Assembly (NCBI GenBank): GCA_934446135.1
Contig: CAKSDT010000001.1
Location: 1 to 61,794 of the forward strand
Reading direction: 5' to 3'
Origin: an uncultured Clostridia bacterium
GTDB taxonomy: Bacteria > Bacillota > Clostridia > RGIG6154
DNA: 61,794 nucleotides
Shown: positions 38,372 through 45,233 of the stretch, piece by piece
Layout: the number at the start of each line of letters is the position of its first letter
How positions within the stretch are numbered: position 1 is the stretch's first letter
Program-made: the position numbers and the translations under genes
Notes under the pieces: generated by a model
The model's input: the letters and a program-made list of their open reading frames with translations, nothing else
What the model was told of the DNA's origin: nothing
Databases searched by the model: none

Positions 38372-38548
38372 ATGGAAAAGATTTACACTTGCAAAGAGAT
38401 TGCGGAGCGATACAGTGTCAATGTTAACACGGTATGGGATTGGGTAAGGACCAACAAAATTCCTGCAATCAACATTGGAAAAGGGTACAGAATAGCCGAA
38501 AGCGACTTAGTTAAGTTTGAAGAGGACAACAGGACTGTAAGGGAATGA
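38372..38548 (+). CDS. Excisionase-type / MerR-like HTH DNA-binding protein
   Basis: MEKIYTCKEIAERYSVNVNTVWDWVRTNKIPAINIGKGYRIAESDLVKF is the typical helix-turn-helix_17/excisionase pattern; GGGAGG lies upstream. Confidence 0.6.
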   Translation: MEKIYTCKEIAERYSVNVNTVWDWVRTNKIPAINIGKGYRIAESDLVKFEEDNRTVRE

Positions 38549-38695
38549 GAGATTTTCTTAGGCAATGAGAGAATTTCTTACATCATGATTGTCAGGGAAG
38601 GGACAGAAAGTTACGGTGTTTTGTGAATGGAATTATTATGATTTAAGGATTTGGGAGTTTAAAGAGGAAATAAGAGAGAAAAGGAGACAAGGAAA

Positions 38696-38899
38696 ATGAA
38701 AGAAAAGGAAGGGCACAGGGAGAGGCTTTGGGTTCAGGCGGACAGGCTTGACGAGTATTTTCCGGGGAAAGAGATACTTACGATTAAAGATGTATCCGAG
38801 TACACGGGGTACGGATACAGGTATGCCAAGAAGAAATTTATGATAGGAAGCAACGGGATAAGCAAGATAAGGTTTGCCTCCCTTTTATGTGAAGTTTAA
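38696..38899 (+). CDS. Hypothetical early protein
   Basis: 67-aa ORF with RBS AAAGGAGACAAGGAAA. There is a possible HTH (LTIKDVSEYTGYGYRYAKKK). Confidence 0.4.
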   Translation: MKEKEGHRERLWVQADRLDEYFPGKEILTIKDVSEYTGYGYRYAKKKFMIGSNGISKIRFASLLCEV

Positions 38900-39197
38900 A
38901 AATGTAAAAATAACTCAGAATGCAAAAAGAAAAATAATTTAAGCAGGGAAGCAGGTTGTGAAAGCGTTTTAGTTTAAATAAATACGGTGGAAAAACAACT
39001 TTTTTAAAAAAGCATGTTAAGTAAAAACTCGCAAAAAGGTGGTAGCCGAAGTTTGCCGTAAGGGAGGGCGTTTACAACCGAGCAGGCAAACAAGAGCGTG
39101 CTTTTTTGCGAAAGAGGAGAAATGACGGAACGGGCGAGGGTTTTATTTTAAGAAAGCCCGAACAAAGTGGAGTCCATTCCGACGACGGAGGAGGAAA

Positions 39198-39365
39198 ATG
39201 AGAATAGGGCGGTACAGGATTAGGATTAACAAGTTAATATTTGAAAAGAGAATACTGGAGGCTACAGTTATATTAACCGTTATGTTTTTTGGGCAGATGA
39301 TATATTTTCCGGAGACTCTTATTACTACATACAAGGCAGAGTTAAGAAATGAGATATTAAAGTGA
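39198..39365 (+). CDS. Small hypothetical membrane protein (55 aa)
   Basis: Below the ORF-track cutoff; translates to MRIGRYRIRINKLIFEKRILEATVILTVMFFGQMIYFPETLITTYKAELRNEILK, with a strong RBS GGAGGAGGAAA. Confidence 0.4.
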   Translation: MRIGRYRIRINKLIFEKRILEATVILTVMFFGQMIYFPETLITTYKAELRNEILK

Positions 39366-39553
39366 AACAATTCAGCGATTGAATACTACAACGAGCGGTA
39401 TTTAAAGTTGGGAATAAAGTTATGGGAAGATTAAAGATATGGTGTAATTACTTAGGATTTGCGAAAGAGGAGGAATGACGGAGTGTATGACGGTTTTCTT
39501 TTAAGAAAATCGGAATGGAGCAAAGTCCATTCCGACAATGAGGGGGGTTTGAC

Positions 39554-40186
39554 ATGAGGTGTATTATAAAAAGTCCGGGCAGGAAAGAGAAAGAGTGTGA
39601 GGTTGAGAACAGTCTTAGTGTTTTTCAGAACATTGTCGGGGGGTACATAGAATTTATTCATTTAAGTGACGGGATTATTATTATATTGAATGAGGAAGGC
39701 AAGATAAGAGAGGGATTTTCGGAGAATTTTGAGTTAAGGGGGGACACGGTATTCGGGCCTGTTATATTTGCGGGGAGTGCGTTTGAGAACATAAGAAGTC
39801 TTACGGACGGGGAAATTTTAGAAGTTAAGAGTTTTTTAAGAGAAAAGGGAAAAGAGAAGAAGAAACCGTTTGGAGAAACCGGGAATGTTTATCTTACCGA
39901 GTCTGAGTACAGCAAACTTATAAAGAGGTTTGGTTTGGAGCGGGTGACGCTTTACATTGACAAGGTTGGAAATTACATGGGGCGGAGCGGCAAAAAGTAC
40001 AAGAGTTGTTATTTAGCGGTTATATCTTTTATAAGAAGTGACGAGGAAAAAGGGCTTTACATATTCGGCGAGGGGAAAGTTGCGAAAAAGAGCAAATTTA
40101 ACAATTTTACACAGAAAAGAATTAATTATGAAGAAATTGAAAACCGTGCAATGCTTAAGCTGATGGAAAGGCGGGGCAGGAAGTGA
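39554..40186 (+). CDS. DUF3846-like N-terminal domain protein with a phage early-protein C-terminal motif
   Basis: 210-aa ORF. The N-terminus LSVFQNIVGGYIEFIHLSDGIIIILNEEGK fits DUF3846. The C-terminus YLTESEYSKLIKRFG...GKKYKSCYLAVISFI resembles a motif common in phage replication-organiser-like proteins. Confidence 0.5.
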   Translation: MRCIIKSPGRKEKECEVENSLSVFQNIVGGYIEFIHLSDGIIIILNEEGKIREGFSENFELRGDTVFGPVIFAGSAFENIRSLTDGEILEVKSFLREKGKEKKKPFGETGNVYLTESEYSKLIKRFGLERVTLYIDKVGNYMGRSGKKYKSCYLAVISFIRSDEEKGLYIFGEGKVAKKSKFNNFTQKRINYEEIENRAMLKLMERRGRK

Positions 40187-40374
40187 ACAGGAGAAAGACA
40201 GCCAAAGAAAGTTACATCGCCGCCGCTATAATGAGAAGCAGTGCAAAGGAGTTAAGCAGAAAAAGAGAACGGAGAAAAAGGATTTTAGGCAAGAGAAGGT
40301 TTGACCTTGATTTAGACGAGGCGGCTGAGAGAATACTTGAAATATGTGAGAAAGGTGAGATTTACGATGAGTAG
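40183..40374 (+). CDS. Hypothetical basic protein
   Basis: 63-aa ORF whose GTG start overlaps the previous stop (translational coupling). Confidence 0.4.
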   Translation: MNRRKTAKESYIAAAIMRSSAKELSRKRERRKRILGKRRFDLDLDEAAERILEICEKGEIYDE

Positions 40375-40687
40375 GAAAGTATGTTCGGTTTTTGGGGAAG
40401 AGCCCTGCATTAGGATTTCGGGCTGTTGTTACAATTGTGTGAAAAAGAAAATTTGTGAAAGTCCCAAGAAATGTTTTAATATGCCGTCGGTTTGTTCTTG
40501 TTTTTTGGAGCCGGGAGAAAGTTTGAGCAACAAGGAAAAGATTTTAAAGTATGCCTTAAAGAGCGAGGAATTTGAAAATGCTGTAAACGGCATCAGTCCC
40601 GAAGAGGCTGAGAAGATTGTATTTGAGATATCGGGCACAAACGGAACAAAGGCAAAAATAAGGAGATTAAGGGAGATATATGAGTGA
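40367..40687 (+). CDS. Hypothetical Cys-rich protein
   Basis: ATG 40367 overlaps the upstream stop by 8 nt, with RBS AAAGGTGAG. The protein has 9 Cys in its first 60 residues. Confidence 0.4.
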   Translation: MSRKVCSVFGEEPCIRISGCCYNCVKKKICESPKKCFNMPSVCSCFLEPGESLSNKEKILKYALKSEEFENAVNGISPEEAEKIVFEISGTNGTKAKIRRLREIYE

Positions 40688-40893
40688 TGACTAATTTTGA
40701 CAGGGTTTTAAAAATGAATTTAGACGAGGCGGCTGATTTTTTAGACCGAATAGTTGACGGGGAAATTGAGGACAGTTTTTGCAGGTTATACTGCAAAGAC
40801 AGAAAAGAGTGCGAGAAAGATGACGCATTTTGCACGAAAGGACAGCAGGAGTTATTAAAAGAGTATTTAGAGTCTGAATACAAAGGTGAATAG
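40687..40893 (+). CDS. Hypothetical protein
   Basis: ATGA overlap with the previous gene; 68 aa, acidic. Confidence 0.4.
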   Translation: MTNFDRVLKMNLDEAADFLDRIVDGEIEDSFCRLYCKDRKECEKDDAFCTKGQQELLKEYLESEYKGE

Positions 40894-40895
40894 GC

Positions 40896-41195
40896 ATGGA
40901 AAAAGAGAAGTTTTTAGAGAGGGCAAGAGCGGTATCTATGCTAAAAAGCGGGATATGCGGGACAAAGGCGTACATACCCGACAGGTTCAAAGTTATTTAC
41001 AGCGGGATAGTGTTTTTTCCGATTGGGTACAAGATATTTTACAAGAACGGGATAGAAAATCACATTGCGATACTGCACGATTTATACTGCAATTCGGTTA
41101 TAGAGTGTGCATTGGAGAGAGTTAAAAAATATAGTAAGGAGGAAGTAGAGTTTGCATCCGTTAATAGCGTTATTGATGATAAAGAAGATGATTAA
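40896..41195 (+). CDS. Hypothetical protein
   Basis: 99-aa ORF with RBS AAAGGTGA 6 nt upstream. Confidence 0.4.
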   Translation: MEKEKFLERARAVSMLKSGICGTKAYIPDRFKVIYSGIVFFPIGYKIFYKNGIENHIAILHDLYCNSVIECALERVKKYSKEEVEFASVNSVIDDKEDD

Positions 41196-41409
41196 AGAAG
41201 AAAAGGACATGACAGACAGGAGTGAGGCATTAAAGGCGGCAGAAAAAGCACTTAATACTAGGGTACCGCAAAAGGTTAAATGTATGGGGGAGCGTTACAG
41301 TTGTCCCGGCTGCAATAAAAACAACACGCTTTTAGTCGGGGATTTATACTGCACGGAGTGCGGACAGGCTTTAGAGTGGAGAGATTTGGAGGTTTTTAAA
41401 GGTGAATGA
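41152..41409 (+). CDS. Hypothetical zinc-ribbon protein (start uncertain)
   Basis: CPGC...CTEC zinc-ribbon motif. Several in-frame ATGs (41176, 41185, 41209) could be the real start. Confidence 0.4.
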   Translation: MHPLIALLMIKKMIKEEKDMTDRSEALKAAEKALNTRVPQKVKCMGERYSCPGCNKNNTLLVGDLYCTECGQALEWRDLEVFKGE

Positions 41410-41728
41410 GAGGAAAAGGCTGATTGAATTAATACGGGAATCTGTTGGCAGTTGTGCGGAAAATTGGGCAGCAGTTATTGCCGATTACTTACTTGAAAAC
41501 GGTGTAATTGTACTGCCGTGCAAGATTGGTACCGAGGTTTACTGGTTAACCACACCGTGCGGGGAGTGTGGGAATAATTATACTCCATTTATAAAAGGGT
41601 GCCGCAACTGTTCAAAGAGAGGAATTAAAACTATTATGTTTGATTATGGCTTAATTCCCGAGTTGGGAAAGGAGATATTTTTGACCCGGGAAGAGGCCGA
41701 AAAAGCATTGGAAGGCGGCACGGAGTGA
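41402..41728 (+). CDS. Hypothetical protein
   Basis: 108-aa ORF with a GTG start after GGAGG that overlaps the upstream stop. Confidence 0.4.
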   Translation: MNERKRLIELIRESVGSCAENWAAVIADYLLENGVIVLPCKIGTEVYWLTTPCGECGNNYTPFIKGCRNCSKRGIKTIMFDYGLIPELGKEIFLTREEAEKALEGGTE

Positions 41729-41907
41729 TGAAAGGGTTTGTAAATGAATTTGGCATTGCTATTGCTCCGTGCGGTACTTGTAAATATAAAAATAGAATAA
41801 TTGATGAAAAGCCGTGCCGCAGATGTGTGAGCCGTGCTGATTTGAAATTGTGCAAACCTGCAAATGAGAAAGAATATTCAAATTACGAAAGCCGGTGCAA
41901 CAAATGA
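41728..41907 (+). CDS. Hypothetical Cys-rich protein
   Basis: ATGA overlap with the upstream gene; it carries CGTC...CRRC motifs. Confidence 0.4.
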   Translation: MKGFVNEFGIAIAPCGTCKYKNRIIDEKPCRRCVSRADLKLCKPANEKEYSNYESRCNK

Positions 41908-42059
41908 ATAACAGATATGCAGTCCGAAATGTAAGCATATATCAGGTTGTGAGCGGCGGCCGAAAAGCGGGATAAAAGAAAAACAAAATAAGGCAGCGAC
42001 CCTCCCGAAGCGGGAGGGGCACGGTGTCCGCACATACACCGCACTAATATCACCGTATG

Positions 42060-42140
42060 TTACCGACGGTACAGAGCAACGATTGACACTATTAACTGGA
42101 GTATTATTATTACCAATGTAATGATTTCATATGTGCTCAT
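42060..42140 (-). CDS. Hol-Tox-like small hydrophobic peptide (26 aa), candidate type I toxin
   Basis: Not in the ORF track; translates to MSTYEIITLVIIILQLIVSIVALYRR. It has its own promoter TTTACA-17-TATAAT (42204-42232, minus strand). A downstream hairpin CCCTCCCG-AAG-CGGGAGGG (42000-42018) is followed by a T-rich tract on the minus strand. Confidence 0.45.
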   Translation of the reverse strand: MSTYEIITLVIIILQLIVSIVALYRR

Positions 42141-42360
42141 TGCCACCCACTTCCCTTCCGGGAGGTTATGGCTTAAAGCGAAACATATGGTAATGCCGGG
42201 TAAATTATAATACAAGGGGCAGGGCATGTAAAGGGGTTATTTTATTAATCGAGGAAAAACTGATACAATTATATAGGAAGAAAGGCATAATTTAAGACCG
42301 TTCCGGTGGGGACGGTATGAGCCTTGTATACAATCTTAATTAATCAACCATTAATTAAGT

Positions 42361-42492
42361 GCGGGCGGTTTTTTGAAAGTGGATTTTTTGAGAGCGTTTT
42401 TCGGGAGCGGTTTTTGAGAGCGTTTTTCGGGAGCGGTTTTTGAGAGTGGTTTTTGAGAGTGGAATTTTGAGTGGGTTTTGATTGAGGGGTTT
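42361..42492 (+). repeat. Iteron-like tandem repeats (GAGAGYGGTTTTT units) immediately upstream of the Rep gene
   Basis: GAGAGCGTTTTTCGGGAGCGGTTTTT occurs twice, then GAGAGTGGTTTTT twice, then GAGTGGAATTTT and GAGTGGGTTTT. All have the same polarity and are C-poor. Confidence 0.7.
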
Positions 42493-43275
42493 ATGAGAAA
42501 ATATAGGGAACAGATTTATGATTTAGGAAATTACAAGCAGATTAACATATATCCTGTTTTTAAGAAAGCGGGGGACAGGAGGAAAAGGTTTCAGCCGACA
42601 TCTGAGGTGCAGGCGGCACTTAACAGAAAAAATTCGGCGGAGCATTTAGAGAGGCTTATCACACTAAACTTTACGGGAAAGGACCACTGGGTACACTTAA
42701 CTTATGATGAGGAGAACAATCCCGGAAGTGTTGATGAGGCGTACAGAGATATTGCGAATTACATAAGGCGGATAAAGAGGAAGTATGACAAGGCGGGGCT
42801 TTTATTTAAATACATCATTGTGCCTGAAAAGGGAGAAAAGAGCGGAAGAAAGCATTTTCATGTTTTTATGACAGGCGGAATAGGAAAAGAAGTGATTGAG
42901 GATTCGTGGGGATTTGGAATTGCCAGGGCAGACAGGATAAAGTTTGGGAAAAAGGGGGTATTGCCCCTTGCGAAATACTGCACAAAGCAGAAATTAATGA
43001 GAAAGAGATATATTTGTTCAAAGAATTTAGCCAAGCCGGAGTCCAGAGAGCGTGACGGGAAGATTTCGGGCAGGCAATTAAGATTTTGGGCTGAGTTTAA
43101 GGATTTTACATACGGCGGAGTTTTAGAGAAGTTATATCCGGGTTATGAATTATGTTTTGAACCCGAGATTTCGGAAAATCAGGTAAACGGGGGAATGTAT
43201 ACAACGATAAATTTAATCAGGAAAGAATATTTGGAGGAAATTGAGTCAGGGTATCGGAAAAGAAGAGCAAAATAA
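42478..43275 (+). CDS. HUH-superfamily rolling-circle replication initiator (Rep)
   Basis: Motif 1 is HWVHLTY, motif 2 (HUH) is KHFHVFMTGG, and motif 3 is LAKYCTKQK (catalytic Tyr). The real start may be ATG 42493 (MRKYREQIY). Confidence 0.55.
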   Translation: MIEGFMRKYREQIYDLGNYKQINIYPVFKKAGDRRKRFQPTSEVQAALNRKNSAEHLERLITLNFTGKDHWVHLTYDEENNPGSVDEAYRDIANYIRRIKRKYDKAGLLFKYIIVPEKGEKSGRKHFHVFMTGGIGKEVIEDSWGFGIARADRIKFGKKGVLPLAKYCTKQKLMRKRYICSKNLAKPESRERDGKISGRQLRFWAEFKDFTYGGVLEKLYPGYELCFEPEISENQVNGGMYTTINLIRKEYLEEIESGYRKRRAK

Positions 43276-43338
43276 AAAGTCGGGTATGCGGTTTTGCCGT
43301 ATGCCCTTTAAGTGTTTAAAAAAAGGGGGGGTGAGAGA

Positions 43339-43638
43339 GTGAATTTTAAAAAAAGGCTTGATTATTTAAAAGGCGACAGAAGAAGGTATGAGGCGTTTAA
43401 AAGTGCCGGGGTTGAAAGGAGAAATTTTTACAAAAGGTATGAGGAAAACGAGGCAGTTGTAAAATCTGCGATAATGAGGGTAAGCGACATATACTACAGG
43501 TTTATCTTATATGATTTTTACATCAAAGGGTACACGGTTTCGAAAATTGCCGAAAGGTTAGGATATTCCGAAAGCCACATCAAGAGGCTTAAGAAAGACG
43601 CCGTTGCAGAAGTTATCAAAAAGAGCAGGGAGAAATGA
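43339..43638 (+). CDS. Sigma-70 region-4-like HTH protein (DUF1492/ArpU-like late regulator candidate)
   Basis: The preferred start is GTG 43339 after GGGGGGTGA. The C-terminus YIKGYTVSKIAERLGYSESHIKRLKKDAVAEV is a sigma r4-type HTH, and the gene sits just before the packaging genes. Confidence 0.5.
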   Translation: MNFKKRLDYLKGDRRRYEAFKSAGVERRNFYKRYEENEAVVKSAIMRVSDIYYRFILYDFYIKGYTVSKIAERLGYSESHIKRLKKDAVAEVIKKSREK

Positions 43639-43797
43639 AAAAGCAAGCAAAAAACCTTGAAATCTTGGGAGTTTCAAGGTTTTTTATGTATTTTCATTAT
43701 TTTGGACAGTGGTTATCCGAAAATTAATACGCTCAAATTATATGCGGAAAATTGTATTAATATGTTTTGCTTGCGGCCGGCAGACTTTTTCGGCAGT
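43638..43797 (+). repeat. Copy 2 of the ~160-bp conserved non-coding module (copy 1 at 24664-24821)
   Basis: See copy 1. As with copy 1, it lies between convergent genes. Confidence 0.7.
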
Positions 43798-43831
43798 CTG
43801 AGCACTCGCCTTACAAAGGCGGGGGCTAATT

Positions 43832-44143
43832 TTACAAAAAATTTATGTAGTTGCGTCTTCCGTAGATAACACGCAATATATATACCGTGTTTTTTTCGGC
43901 ATTTACCCTGTAAAACACAATATAATTTTTTACAGATACCTTTCTGTAGCCTTTGGCTTTAAGCCTTTTATCCAAGCACAGAGGAAACGCAAGAGGATTT
44001 AATGAAATTGCGTCGATAACCGATTCTATTTGTGTCAAAAGATTCTTTGCGGCAGTGGGATTTTTTAACACATTAACGATATGTGAAACAATACTGTCAA
44101 TATCGTTTTTGGCTTCATCGGCAATAAAAAGTTTACAAGCCAT
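43832..44143 (-). CDS. Type II toxin, RelE/ParE family
   Basis: 103-aa ORF whose C-terminus YRVNAEKNTVYILRVIYGRRNY is typical of RelE/ParE. It overlaps the antitoxin gene by 11 nt. Confidence 0.8.
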   Translation of the reverse strand: MACKLFIADEAKNDIDSIVSHIVNVLKNPTAAKNLLTQIESVIDAISLNPLAFPLCLDKRLKAKGYRKVSVKNYIVFYRVNAEKNTVYILRVIYGRRNYINFL

Positions 44144-44393
44144 ATTTTTCCCTTATGCTTTTTACTGATTCTTTTGCATCAGAGATATTGCCGTTTATCA
44201 CTGATTCTTCGCCCTTTTCGAGTTTATTATACAAAGAATTAATATAAAGAGCCTTTTCATAAGATTCCATACTCATAATGACCATATCGCCGTATCCGTT
44301 TTTTGTTACAAAAACAGGTTCGTTTGACGAATGGCATATATCAGATATTCTGCTTGTATTTTTTAGGTCGCGTATCGGTATTATACGGGGCAC
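44133..44393 (-). CDS. Type II antitoxin, Phd/YefM-like
   Basis: 86-aa ORF with a GTG start after AAGGAG. The N-terminus IPIRDLKNTSRISDICHSSNEPVFVTKNGYGDMVIMSMESYEKAL fits Phd/YefM. Confidence 0.75.
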   Translation of the reverse strand: MPRIIPIRDLKNTSRISDICHSSNEPVFVTKNGYGDMVIMSMESYEKALYINSLYNKLEKGEESVINGNISDAKESVKSIREKYGL

Positions 44394-44420
44394 AAAATCA
44401 ACTCCTTTCTATGTGGCTTT

Positions 44421-44449
44421 ATTATACCACAAATATACCGCATTGTCAA
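44421..44449 (-). promoter_or_regulatory. Consensus promoter of the TA operon
   Basis: The minus strand reads TTGACA (44444-44449), 17-nt spacer, TATAAT (44421-44426). Confidence 0.6.
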
Positions 44450-44544
44450 TTTATAATGTTTTGGGAAAGTTATGATACCCTATGAACTTGTATGATACCC
44501 TATGATACTATAAAATATTAAGAGAAAGGAGGTTTTTTGACGAA

Positions 44545-45021
44545 ATGGCGAGAGGACAGAAGACCGGAAGAGAGCAGATTATCAAAATATTTACTGTTTA
44601 TGCGGCGTCGCACAACATCAATCAGACTGCGAAGGAACTTAAAATGAGTTACAACACTGTTAAGGGCATTATAAAGAAGTATGAGAACGAAGATTTTGTT
44701 AAAAAACTTCTCAGCAAAAAAAGTCAGGAGTTTTCAAAGCGGGCCGACGGGATAGTGGATTCTCTTTTATTGCTTTTGGAAAGAAGAGTTTGCCGGGCAC
44801 TTGAGGCTGAAGCCGAACTTGACAGAATCATATCGGAAATTGAAAAAGACGGTACTCTTTCGGAGGGAGCAAAGAAAAGTGCCGTTAAGGCGATAAATGA
44901 CATTGCGATTAAGCGTGGGGTTGACATTACTACGATGATTGGTACGCTCCGTGACAAGTCTGCGGTTGCAAAAGGAGAGTTAACCGAGAACACGAAAGTT
45001 GTTATATCGCTTGAAGAGTGA
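44545..45021 (+). CDS. Putative terminase small subunit (HTH protein)
   Basis: 158-aa ORF directly upstream of terL with an N-terminal HTH (NINQTAKELKMSYNTVKGIIKKY). The assignment is by position only. Confidence 0.45.
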   Translation: MARGQKTGREQIIKIFTVYAASHNINQTAKELKMSYNTVKGIIKKYENEDFVKKLLSKKSQEFSKRADGIVDSLLLLLERRVCRALEAEAELDRIISEIEKDGTLSEGAKKSAVKAINDIAIKRGVDITTMIGTLRDKSAVAKGELTENTKVVISLEE

Positions 45022-45233
45022 GCGGGATTTGAGTTAGGAATTAGGAATTAGGAGTCAGGAGTTTGGAGTTTGGAAAGTGAAGTCGGACGGATGGGAGCAG
45101 ACAGACGGAAGTTGAGTACGGAAGTGAGTACGGAAGCGGACAGACGGAAGTGAGTACGGAAGTTGGGCGAGTGATTGCGTGAGTTTGGAAGTTGAGTGAA
45201 TGGGGGAAGGCTGAGAAGGGGACAGATGTATGG
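45022..45233 (+). repeat. C-poor purine/T-rich degenerate tandem repeats between terS and terL
   Basis: TTAGGAA occurs 2-3 times, GGAGTTTGGA twice, GGACAGACGGAAGT twice and GAGTACGGAAGT three times. All three + frames are closed. Confidence 0.75.

Noticed and set aside
45192-45233. The longer terL start (MSEWGKAEKGTDVW...) given by the ORF track.
   Set aside because: The extension lies within the repeat spacer and has no RBS. ATG 45234 begins the conserved terminase N-terminus, so the shorter model is preferred, although the exact start is unverified.
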